Made by a program: the position numbers and the translations under genes. A stretch of DNA of 64,000 bases from an uncultured virus (IMG/VR IMGVR_UViG_3300048065_001102) (taxonomy: Duplodnaviria > Heunggongvirae > Uroviricota > Caudoviricetes). The stretch's first letter is position 1. Every line of letters starts with the position of its first letter. The stretch lies in IMG/VR virus record IMGVR_UViG_3300048065_001102. The stretch is one strand, 5' to 3'. The notes under the pieces were generated by a model that made no database searches, was not told where the DNA came from, and saw only the letters and a list, made by a program, of their open reading frames with translations. Of the stretch, positions 9,592-17,632 are shown one piece after another.

Positions 9592-10341
9592 TTAAATTTT
9601 TAGTAATTGCTTTAATCGTTTTAATATAGGTTTATTATACTTACCTCCAGCAACATGAAGAAAGCATGGATATGATTTAGTAATTGTATTAAAAACTCTA
9701 TTGTCTTTAAAATGATTGAATTCAAGTCTATCCGATGCGTCTTCACTTGATTTTGGTAAATATGAATATTCGAACATTTGGTCTGTCCATACAATTTCAC
9801 AATTATAATCAAGATATGCTTTACTTGGGTTTTCGGCAATATATCTTCCGACACCACCCTGATCACAAGTAAACCTTCTTTGTCTGCGGATTGTGTAACT
9901 TAAGATTGTCTCGTACATCTCTTTTATATTTTCTGCATAACCAATTACAAGTCCTGCATTTAGATATTTAAATACATTATCACCCCCAACCTCTTCGTAA
10001 AAGTTTTTGTACTTTGGCATTTGATGGGCATATGCGAACTCAGATGACCACACGATTGGTTTGTTTAATTTTTTAAATTTATTTAGTATTTCAGTTTCAT
10101 TGGCAAAACAGACTACATCAAATGCGTCCATACACACCACAATTTCTTTTTTGTTTAATTTACAAACCTCCTCATATAGCCACAAATTTTTTCCATTGAA
10201 CCTACCCCCCTCATCCAAATCTCGTCCAGTTCCTATTGGTTTAATTTTTATGCCATGCGTTTTTGCAGAATCATTAAGTAAATCAAATGTCCATTTTTTT
10301 CTTTTAAAGTCAACAACATTACACCATGTATAAAATTTCAT
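9592..10341 (-). CDS. PLOD/lysyl-hydroxylase-type glycosyltransferase domain protein
   Basis: VCMDAFDVV, IVWSSE, YLNAGLVIG, CDQ, LDY..EI, P.FLH..G match the GT domain of procollagen lysyl hydroxylases; start MKFYTW set by paralogue at 1-203. Confidence 0.7.
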   Translation of the reverse strand: MKFYTWCNVVDFKRKKWTFDLLNDSAKTHGIKIKPIGTGRDLDEGGRFNGKNLWLYEEVCKLNKKEIVVCMDAFDVVCFANETEILNKFKKLNKPIVWSSEFAYAHQMPKYKNFYEEVGGDNVFKYLNAGLVIGYAENIKEMYETILSYTIRRQRRFTCDQGGVGRYIAENPSKAYLDYNCEIVWTDQMFEYSYLPKSSEDASDRLEFNHFKDNRVFNTITKSYPCFLHVAGGKYNKPILKRLKQLLKI

Positions 10342-10342
10342 T

Positions 10343-10879
10343 TCAGTTACCTTTGCACAACTCAGATTTCCAATAGTCATAGCATATTTGTTCGTTACAT
10401 CCACCGTAACTATGCTTTAAATAAAAACGACACGCAGGATACACATATTTTAGTGTATCCGACAACTCAGTTGTATTGTTATCATTATCGTCCATCATCT
10501 GACGTATAAATATTGTCGTGTTGGCATTTTGCATTGTTTTTGTAAACTCCAAAGATAACCTTTCATACCTAGATTTTGCTCCATTATATATTGTACTAAG
10601 TTTTTTTCCAATAGGCAATAAATCATAAAATAAATTGCCGGTTCTTTTATCTTTCACAACAGTATAAGGAATACCATCAATCAAATTAACAATACCACCA
10701 TAAATCTGTATTTGATTTTCTGGTGGAAAAAAGTCTTTAAACTGATTATTTAAATTATGCAACAAACTTCTAAACGATAAATCACCAATATTATCAAACA
10801 ACATTTTATTAGAATTCAAAGAACAATCTTTTAACACGGATGAAATAATTGGTTGTGATCCTAGTGATATGTAATTCAT
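10343..10879 (-). CDS. DUF1796-like (putative papain-like) protein
   Basis: MNYISLG...LFD...RY.RL...IFIR pattern; the usual Cys after SLG is absent. Confidence 0.45.
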   Translation of the reverse strand: MNYISLGSQPIISSVLKDCSLNSNKMLFDNIGDLSFRSLLHNLNNQFKDFFPPENQIQIYGGIVNLIDGIPYTVVKDKRTGNLFYDLLPIGKKLSTIYNGAKSRYERLSLEFTKTMQNANTTIFIRQMMDDNDNNTTELSDTLKYVYPACRFYLKHSYGGCNEQICYDYWKSELCKGN

Positions 10880-10893
10880 AATAGTTCTTATCT

Positions 10894-11628
10894 TTAAATA
10901 AACCAATATCCATATTTTTTCATTTTTAAAATTTTTTCAGATTCACCTACTACATGATTAAAATGTATAATCCTACAAATTGTATCTATTTTAGATGAAT
11001 TAGAATAATAATATTTTCCGTTTGGATACTTGTTTCTGCTCAAAAAGTTTATGTTTATCAATTTTTTTCCAACCACTCTTTTTTGAAAGAAAACTTGATT
11101 TCTTTCGTATTCTAAATAATGGTTTTTATTTAAAAAATCTTGAGTAAATAAATCGATTGTTTTGTTTGTAGGCCTCATAATATAAAATCCAGTATTTGCA
11201 TGGCGTCCATTGAATTGAAATATAGCATCTACATTACTTTCATTTATTTGTTTATTTAACTCGGTTCTAAAATCTTTTTTGATTACAATATCGGTATCCA
11301 AGTATATTATAGTTTTATTAAATTTTAACAATTCATTGCCAATTAAAAATCTTTGATAAATTACACTTTTAAATGATTTTGAACCAAACTCATAAAACTT
11401 ATTTGCGTCTACATTAATTTCAGATACATACAATATAACATCACATATATTTTTTAGTTTTTCTGCAATTTTTAAATCAAGAGCAAAAACAATTATTGGT
11501 ATTTCTAATACTTCTGCACTTTTTAATAAATTACGAACTAATTTTTCATTACCAAAAGATGCCACGCAAAAGCAAACAATATTATCTGCATTGTTATTTA
11601 AGTAATCATTAATAGTATTGTATATCAT
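10894..11628 (-). CDS. GT77-like nucleotide-diphospho-sugar transferase
   Basis: FALD, YLDTDIV, NTGFY, YPNG, IHFNHVVG..EKI..MK..G.W; ATGA overlap fixes start. Confidence 0.8.
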   Translation of the reverse strand: MIYNTINDYLNNNADNIVCFCVASFGNEKLVRNLLKSAEVLEIPIIVFALDLKIAEKLKNICDVILYVSEINVDANKFYEFGSKSFKSVIYQRFLIGNELLKFNKTIIYLDTDIVIKKDFRTELNKQINESNVDAIFQFNGRHANTGFYIMRPTNKTIDLFTQDFLNKNHYLEYERNQVFFQKRVVGKKLININFLSRNKYPNGKYYYSNSSKIDTICRIIHFNHVVGESEKILKMKKYGYWFI

Positions 11629-11996
11629 AAAACGGGGCAAAATCCAGTTTTTGTTTTTTTCATATTTAGTTCTTCTGAATAAATATGCATCAAAATCGCA
11701 CATCTATGTTGTCCATCTCGTATAAGCAGTCTTGAAAATCTTTTATCAAGTTGGATATCATTTTTTGAATCAAAGTTCCATCCTTTGTTTTTTATTTCAT
11801 TATACAAGTTAATAAAATGTGTATATGGAATTGTACACCTCGTTCCACGTGTGCGTCTCCATGTTTTTATGTAATTATTGTATATGTCTTTATTTTCACG
11901 GAGCAATGATAAATAGCAATAACTTTGAGATAATGACTTTGTTTCAAATATCTCTCCATTCCACATTTTTACATTAAAATTTTTTATCGGAATCAT
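11625..11996 (-). CDS. ParB/Srx-like fold protein
   Basis: LYNEIKNKGW...LLIRDGQHRCAIL (DGxHR motif). Confidence 0.6.
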   Translation of the reverse strand: MIPIKNFNVKMWNGEIFETKSLSQSYCYLSLLRENKDIYNNYIKTWRRTRGTRCTIPYTHFINLYNEIKNKGWNFDSKNDIQLDKRFSRLLIRDGQHRCAILMHIYSEELNMKKTKTGFCPVL

Positions 11997-12045
11997 TTGC
12001 AATTTACCAATTATGATTCCTGTAATATTAATTTAGGTATCATTA

Positions 12046-12600
12046 TTATTCTCCAAATTTATACCCGAAATACTCAATATCTTTTGCATACTTTTCCGCA
12101 ACGATTTGCTTCGTTTCTTCATCGTAGTATTCAGTGTAGTGTTTGTGTTTGCTTTTGTTTTTATGTGCAAGTTGTTGGTGTGGAACACCGATTCTTTCAC
12201 AGATGATATTAAAGTCTTCTTGAAGATTTTCAAATCTTCCTATGAAATCAATAATTAATTCACCGGTTTCATCGGAAATCCAACTAAGTTGTGTGTGCTT
12301 TGCATTACAACCATCAAACTTATTTTTCACAACCCAATCCTTAAAGGAAATTGATGTTGATTTTCCCCTTCTCTTTCTGAAAAAATAATTAGAAACTAAC
12401 CTATCCCAAGGATTTCTGACAATTGTAAATTTGAAATAATTTTCAAATCCGTGCTCAGTGTTTGCAAGATTACGATATTCTATTATATTATAATGTTTGT
12501 TTCCGTGGTGTTTACCTATTTTTCTGAGTTTTGCTTCAACACTTGTACCACCTGTTTTATTAATGTGGACAAAGATATATTTACGTGTGTGACTTATCAT
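12046..12600 (-). CDS. sulfotransferase (Sulfotransfer_2-like)
   Basis: FVHINKTGGTS, VRNPWDRLVS, conserved tail. Confidence 0.9.
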   Translation of the reverse strand: MISHTRKYIFVHINKTGGTSVEAKLRKIGKHHGNKHYNIIEYRNLANTEHGFENYFKFTIVRNPWDRLVSNYFFRKRRGKSTSISFKDWVVKNKFDGCNAKHTQLSWISDETGELIIDFIGRFENLQEDFNIICERIGVPHQQLAHKNKSKHKHYTEYYDEETKQIVAEKYAKDIEYFGYKFGE

Positions 12601-12603
12601 TTA

Positions 12604-13248
12604 CTATTTTCCAAATTTGTACCCGAAATACTCAACATCTTTTGCATACTTTTCCGCAACGATTTGCTTCGTTTCTTCATCATAGTACTCGGTGTAGTGT
12701 TTGTGTTTTGTGGCATTTTTATGTGAAAGTTGTTGTTTTGGAATTCCAATTTTATCGCAGATTATATTAAAGTCTTCTTGGAGATTTTCAAATTTTCCAA
12801 TGAAGTCTACTGTTTTATTTTCAGTTTTATCTTCCACCCAAAAATGTTGTCCTAAATTTTGATGGTCAACCTCATTTAGTTTATGTGGGTACTTTTTAAC
12901 AAAATCATGAAATGTCATTTCACTTATTTCAGTTGCAATTTTTTTCTTACGATTATGACCACGACCAGTTCTCTTTGACCATTCATACATACCATGCCAC
13001 CATAAAAACGAAGATACTACAATATCCCACGGATTTCTTACAAAGCAAAATTTAAAATAGTTATCAATGCAATTTTTATTTAAATTCTTACTCGGTTGAT
13101 GTCTTGTTGAAATCGTTGTATCACGTGTATAAAAATTAGATACATGACCTTTATGATAAAAACCATTATTTGATAAACAATTTCTTATACTAAGACCTGC
13201 TGTTTTTGGTATATGAATAAAAATTGCTTTGAGGTCATGATTGTACAT
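12604..13248 (-). CDS. sulfotransferase (Sulfotransfer_2-like)
   Basis: FIHIPKTAGLS, FVRNPWDIVVS, conserved tail; likely start MYNHDLK. Confidence 0.9.
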   Translation of the reverse strand: MYNHDLKAIFIHIPKTAGLSIRNCLSNNGFYHKGHVSNFYTRDTTISTRHQPSKNLNKNCIDNYFKFCFVRNPWDIVVSSFLWWHGMYEWSKRTGRGHNRKKKIATEISEMTFHDFVKKYPHKLNEVDHQNLGQHFWVEDKTENKTVDFIGKFENLQEDFNIICDKIGIPKQQLSHKNATKHKHYTEYYDEETKQIVAEKYAKDVEYFGYKFGK

Positions 13249-13258
13249 AAATAAAGAC

Positions 13259-13612
13259 CTATTTTTTTTGAACAGCCCAGTCATTTCCAGACGAACGAAA
13301 TGCAATTTTGAGATTATTTGCTTTTACAAACTCATCAACTGCTTTTTTTATACCATATCTTTTTAAACGGTTCTCTCTGTAATCATTTTTTGACATAATA
13401 CTAACACCGAGGTTAGCAATTTCAGACATTACTTTACTTTCATAGTTTGGATTGAACGAAGGTAGCCAGGGATCTATTAAAAAAATTTTTTTAGGACTTG
13501 ATATATCCATCATGCTAATTGCGTGTTCTCCACTTGCAACACCAATCTCCGCAATTATCCCATTTTTAGGTAATTTTTCTAAAAATTTTTTTCTTGGTAC
13601 AGAATTTCTCAT
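13259..13612 (-). CDS. class I SAM methyltransferase-like, apparently internally deleted
   Basis: IAEIGVASGEHA, LIDPW and DY...YGIKKAVDEF present; the central DxxxIDxxH segment is missing. Confidence 0.55.
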   Translation of the reverse strand: MRNSVPRKKFLEKLPKNGIIAEIGVASGEHAISMMDISSPKKIFLIDPWLPSFNPNYESKVMSEIANLGVSIMSKNDYRENRLKRYGIKKAVDEFVKANNLKIAFRSSGNDWAVQKK

Positions 13613-14287
13613 TTAATTTTCTCCATACTTATATCCAAGAACTTCAATGTCGTTCTTATAAAATTTATTTACTATCACGATAGTTTCATCATCGTAGAAT
13701 TCAGTATAATGTGGACGATTCTTTGCATTATGTTTGTGAGGTAAAATTATATCTTTATCAACACCCAACTTTCCACATAATTTTTCTAGGTCTTCTCTGA
13801 GGTTTTCATAACGTCCTACAAAATCCACCAAAATCTTATCTGTTTTTTCATCGTAAATTTCATCAAATGCCTTTGTCAGTACAACTGCACGATCACGATG
13901 CCCAAGTTGAGGAACACCACGAATGACTTTGCGTGGATTTTCCAACCAATTCAACCAACCATCGTATCTCCACTTTGTCCATTCTTTAAAATCTCGTTTG
14001 GCAACATCATGTTCTCCTTTTGCTATTCTCCATTGATACTGAGATACCAAACGATCCCACGGATTTCTAACAAAGGCAAATGTAAGGTATTCATTCCAAA
14101 CATCCATACCAAACATTTTTTGTGCTTGCTCTACACTAAAATGAATCTTTTTTGATTCTTTTGGATCTCTTTTTGTTTTTTCAAATCGTTCACCGTCCTT
14201 TTTGCGTTGACTCAATGCAGTAGAAATACTAGAACCTGCTGTTCTTGGAATGTGAATGAATATACATTTTAAATCGTGTTCAATCAT
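13613..14287 (-). CDS. sulfotransferase (Sulfotransfer_2-like)
   Basis: FIHIPRTAGSS, FVRNPWDRLVS, FVGRYENL. Confidence 0.9.
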   Translation of the reverse strand: MIEHDLKCIFIHIPRTAGSSISTALSQRKKDGERFEKTKRDPKESKKIHFSVEQAQKMFGMDVWNEYLTFAFVRNPWDRLVSQYQWRIAKGEHDVAKRDFKEWTKWRYDGWLNWLENPRKVIRGVPQLGHRDRAVVLTKAFDEIYDEKTDKILVDFVGRYENLREDLEKLCGKLGVDKDIILPHKHNAKNRPHYTEFYDDETIVIVNKFYKNDIEVLGYKYGEN

Positions 14288-14289
14288 AA

Positions 14290-15906
14290 TTATACCTTTA
14301 TTTTTTTAAAGTTATTCTTATAAAACTCGGACAATATTTCTGAAATCTCAGATGGAGTAACATTTGGATTTTTATATTTCAACAATTCTATTATTACCAG
14401 TTCTGCAATGTGTAATGCAAGTCCTAGTTTATTTTCAGATTTTTCAAGTGAAACAAACTTATAATTTTCTGAATTGATATAAACACAAAAACTCCCTACC
14501 CTCTCACAATCTGACATAGTTTTATATTGTTCAGCTCCAAATGGTTTTATTTCATACCTTATACCACGTCTCTTTTTGGGTGTTGGTTTTGTCAATGTTT
14601 TCTTTAGTTCGGATGCAGCCTTTGCTCTTCGTCTGACTCTACCACGACCACTTGTTTTTCTAATAACCTCGTTACTGATAATTTTATCTACAATTTTTTC
14701 AGAAACATTTTCTTTTTTCATTTGTTCCTTTGCTGACAAATCTCGTTTCTTAGCCTTTGGTTTTAATTCTATTGTCATGGCATCTTCTGTCAAGTTCATG
14801 CTTTCAACGATTGTCTCTATCACATCAATAACAATATTATCTAATGTATGAATAGTCTTTTTCTTTTTATTTAATATGCTATAACTTGTTAATAATTCCA
14901 CGATTAACTCAGATACCTTTTCAAAAAATGGTTTAGTCAAAGCATGATCTTCACGCAAAGAGTGATGAGATAAATCTTTTGCTGGCATTCCTGTGTGATC
15001 AAGAACAGAACTTAAATCTTTGCATACGATAAATCCTCTTAAATTCTGAAATAACTTATGTAATTTACTAGATTGTGATCCAAATACATCAGTTGCCGTT
15101 AATTTACGAATTTTAGTTTCAGATACAATTGTCACTCCATCAAGATTACATGACTTAAAATCAGCAGGAGATTGTAATAAAGTCAAGTTCATGCTTAACT
15201 CTGAATTTAATATCCGATTCTCTATTTGGTATTCAAAAGTTTCAGTGATGCGTGGAAAAGTATATCCTGATAAAGTGTAATCAAATTTTAAAGACTCTCC
15301 GTTTAAAACAATATCTATTTCATTTTTGCCTTGTCGTATAAGATGCCCAAAAAAGTCTTGTAATTCTTTTTTAATAGAATTTATATTCCAACCTTCTTTT
15401 GCAATTGGTAAATCAAGATTATGTATTGTAATAATCGTTCCGTGACTTTTCATACTAGACAAATTTAACTTTTCAACCGAAGGTTGGTAGTCGTCTAGAA
15501 ACTCAGTTTTACCGGGTTTGTATGTCACCAAGAAATTTTTGCCTTTGCTATTTTTTGTTTCAATTGTCCAATGAGCATTTTCTCCATCAGACAATTTATC
15601 GTTTGCAATTTTTCCACCAATGCCCATATGACCAAGTCTTGGTCCGACTCCTCCATTTGAATCATAAGAATTACCAAAAACAAAATACTTTTCAAAAGCA
15701 GACATTCCACTTTCATCTTTTGCATCATCAAATCCAATACCATTATCTTTAATAACAACTGACTTTTCATTCAATTGAATACTTATTAATTTTGCACCGT
15801 TTTGAATAGAATTCTTGACCAATTCTGTAAATGCTTGAGAATATGTAATTGTTGATTGTAAAATATTGCTAATATTTGAACCAGTTCTTATCTTAATTTT
15901 GTCCAT
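14290..15906 (-). CDS. GHKL (Hsp90/MutL/MORC-like) ATPase
   Basis: ELVKNS (N box), IKDNGIGF (G1), GHMGIGGK (G2), HGTIITI; GGAG SD upstream. Confidence 0.8.
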   Translation of the reverse strand: MDKIKIRTGSNISNILQSTITYSQAFTELVKNSIQNGAKLISIQLNEKSVVIKDNGIGFDDAKDESGMSAFEKYFVFGNSYDSNGGVGPRLGHMGIGGKIANDKLSDGENAHWTIETKNSKGKNFLVTYKPGKTEFLDDYQPSVEKLNLSSMKSHGTIITIHNLDLPIAKEGWNINSIKKELQDFFGHLIRQGKNEIDIVLNGESLKFDYTLSGYTFPRITETFEYQIENRILNSELSMNLTLLQSPADFKSCNLDGVTIVSETKIRKLTATDVFGSQSSKLHKLFQNLRGFIVCKDLSSVLDHTGMPAKDLSHHSLREDHALTKPFFEKVSELIVELLTSYSILNKKKKTIHTLDNIVIDVIETIVESMNLTEDAMTIELKPKAKKRDLSAKEQMKKENVSEKIVDKIISNEVIRKTSGRGRVRRRAKAASELKKTLTKPTPKKRRGIRYEIKPFGAEQYKTMSDCERVGSFCVYINSENYKFVSLEKSENKLGLALHIAELVIIELLKYKNPNVTPSEISEILSEFYKNNFKKIKV

Positions 15907-15929
15907 TATCTATCTCCATAAATTATTTA

Positions 15930-16658
15930 TTATAAGTATTTAGAATATTTCTTTTTAATCTCACACAGGCAGTTGTGAAGCATATAAGTTTGAATTGTTT
16001 TATTTTTTAACATTGATGTATATTTATCAAATAATTTTTTATCTTCAATCAAACATTTTGTTTGTATCTTGGGTTTTTTGTACAGATAATTATCATTTTT
16101 TACATCAACTCCACACTCATAAAAAATGCTTTGGGTTGAATTGTGTATAAAATTAAATTGATCAATTATTACTAGTTTTGCACATTTTACATTTTTTATG
16201 AGTTCTATTAAATAAATTATATTATTTTCAAATTCACAAACACACTCCTGATATGTAAAATTTCTGTTTTCCCAACTTTTCATGTGTTTAAATTCATCAA
16301 ATGTAACATTCGCATATTCTTCCGATTCACCTTTTCTCATTTCATACCAACTTTTTAAAAGTTGATTGAATTCACGGATACACACTAAAACCAAAGTTTG
16401 CTTTCCATATTTCTTTATACGATTTACAACTTTATCCAATGCATTTTTATTAAAAATCCATCCAGGAGTCTTACAAAATTTATATTTCCAACCACGTGGA
16501 CTTATTCTAAACATTGCTCCGTAGGCTTCATTTGGAATTTTTGGTGTTTTTTCCACAACAGTAAAATTACTATTGTTAAAAAATTCAGCAATATGCATAG
16601 TTGCACATTTAGGTCCTCCGACAACAACCACATTTTTATATGGCAAGTCTTGTTTCAT
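15930..16658 (-). CDS. divergent sulfotransferase-like protein
   Basis: VVVGGPKCAT (PSB-like loop), KTPGW, CIRE...SWY resemble the Sulfotransfer_1 layout. Confidence 0.55.
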   Translation of the reverse strand: MKQDLPYKNVVVVGGPKCATMHIAEFFNNSNFTVVEKTPKIPNEAYGAMFRISPRGWKYKFCKTPGWIFNKNALDKVVNRIKKYGKQTLVLVCIREFNQLLKSWYEMRKGESEEYANVTFDEFKHMKSWENRNFTYQECVCEFENNIIYLIELIKNVKCAKLVIIDQFNFIHNSTQSIFYECGVDVKNDNYLYKKPKIQTKCLIEDKKLFDKYTSMLKNKTIQTYMLHNCLCEIKKKYSKYL

Positions 16659-17620
16659 TTTTCTTCCTTGCGTTTTCTGCGACCTTCACCTCTTGGTTTT
16701 CTACGACCTCTTCTTGCTCGTTTTTCTGCACGATATGCCTCGGTTAAAGGTCCTGGTTTCATTTCTACGATTTCCTTTGGTACAACCATGCCCTCTGGTA
16801 CATCTCCTTTCCACATATCATGACGAAGCATATTCCACACTTTGCGTTGATGATAATCAAAGTCTTGAAGTCCGTTTGCAGTCATTTCGTCAATGTTGCT
16901 CCAACCCACTGTACAATTAAAGTGAACAATAAATGCATCTTTCTCTGCTCGTTCACGACCACGATTCTTGATGTTACGTTCCCAATGAACTCCTTGAGGA
17001 TATCCATTTGCACTAAGTTGAACATAATTTATATCATCAGGTTCAATAGCACGATGAAGACGTAGATTAAGAAGCATCATATCTTCTTTGAATTTACGTT
17101 GCTTGATTTCTCCATCTTCGTGAGTCTCTATGTAACCTCGTTTAAAATCTTCACGATCAATGTTAAACAAATGAATTGTTTTAGTGTTACTTTTAGCATA
17201 AAAGAAACCAGGACAAATACTTGCACCACCTGCAACTTGAAATGCTACATCATAATTTCCTTCTTCGCAAATTTTTTCAAGGTCTGACAATGGATTTTTT
17301 AGAAAGTTGATGTCGGTGTCAGCATAAAGAACATTGTATCCTTGTGTAAGCAACTGATGGGTTGCTTCCATTTTGTTCCACATCAAAGCATCCCATCCTT
17401 TTTGGTGAAACTCTGAAGTGGTTTCTATATGAAAGTTCGGACTTATCCATCGCACACTTTCAATGTCTTTTTCTTCGGACATACGTTCAAATGATTCGTC
17501 ATCCAAGCAATACATGATAACCATGTTTTGCATATTCAATGCACGAATATACTTTAACCAATTTAAAGCAAAGTCTAAATAACCACCATTTACATAACTT
17601 AGTAATTTTGTTTCTATCAC
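16655..17620 (-). CDS. GT77-like nucleotide-diphospho-sugar transferase
   Basis: YLDFALNW, YCLD, GYNVLYADTDINFLKNP, CPGFFY, YPQG, VHFNCTVG; GTG start with AGGAG SD. Confidence 0.8.
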   Translation of the reverse strand: MIETKLLSYVNGGYLDFALNWLKYIRALNMQNMVIMYCLDDESFERMSEEKDIESVRWISPNFHIETTSEFHQKGWDALMWNKMEATHQLLTQGYNVLYADTDINFLKNPLSDLEKICEEGNYDVAFQVAGGASICPGFFYAKSNTKTIHLFNIDREDFKRGYIETHEDGEIKQRKFKEDMMLLNLRLHRAIEPDDINYVQLSANGYPQGVHWERNIKNRGRERAEKDAFIVHFNCTVGWSNIDEMTANGLQDFDYHQRKVWNMLRHDMWKGDVPEGMVVPKEIVEMKPGPLTEAYRAEKRARRGRRKPRGEGRRKRKEEK

Positions 17621-17632
17621 ACCAATCTCCTT

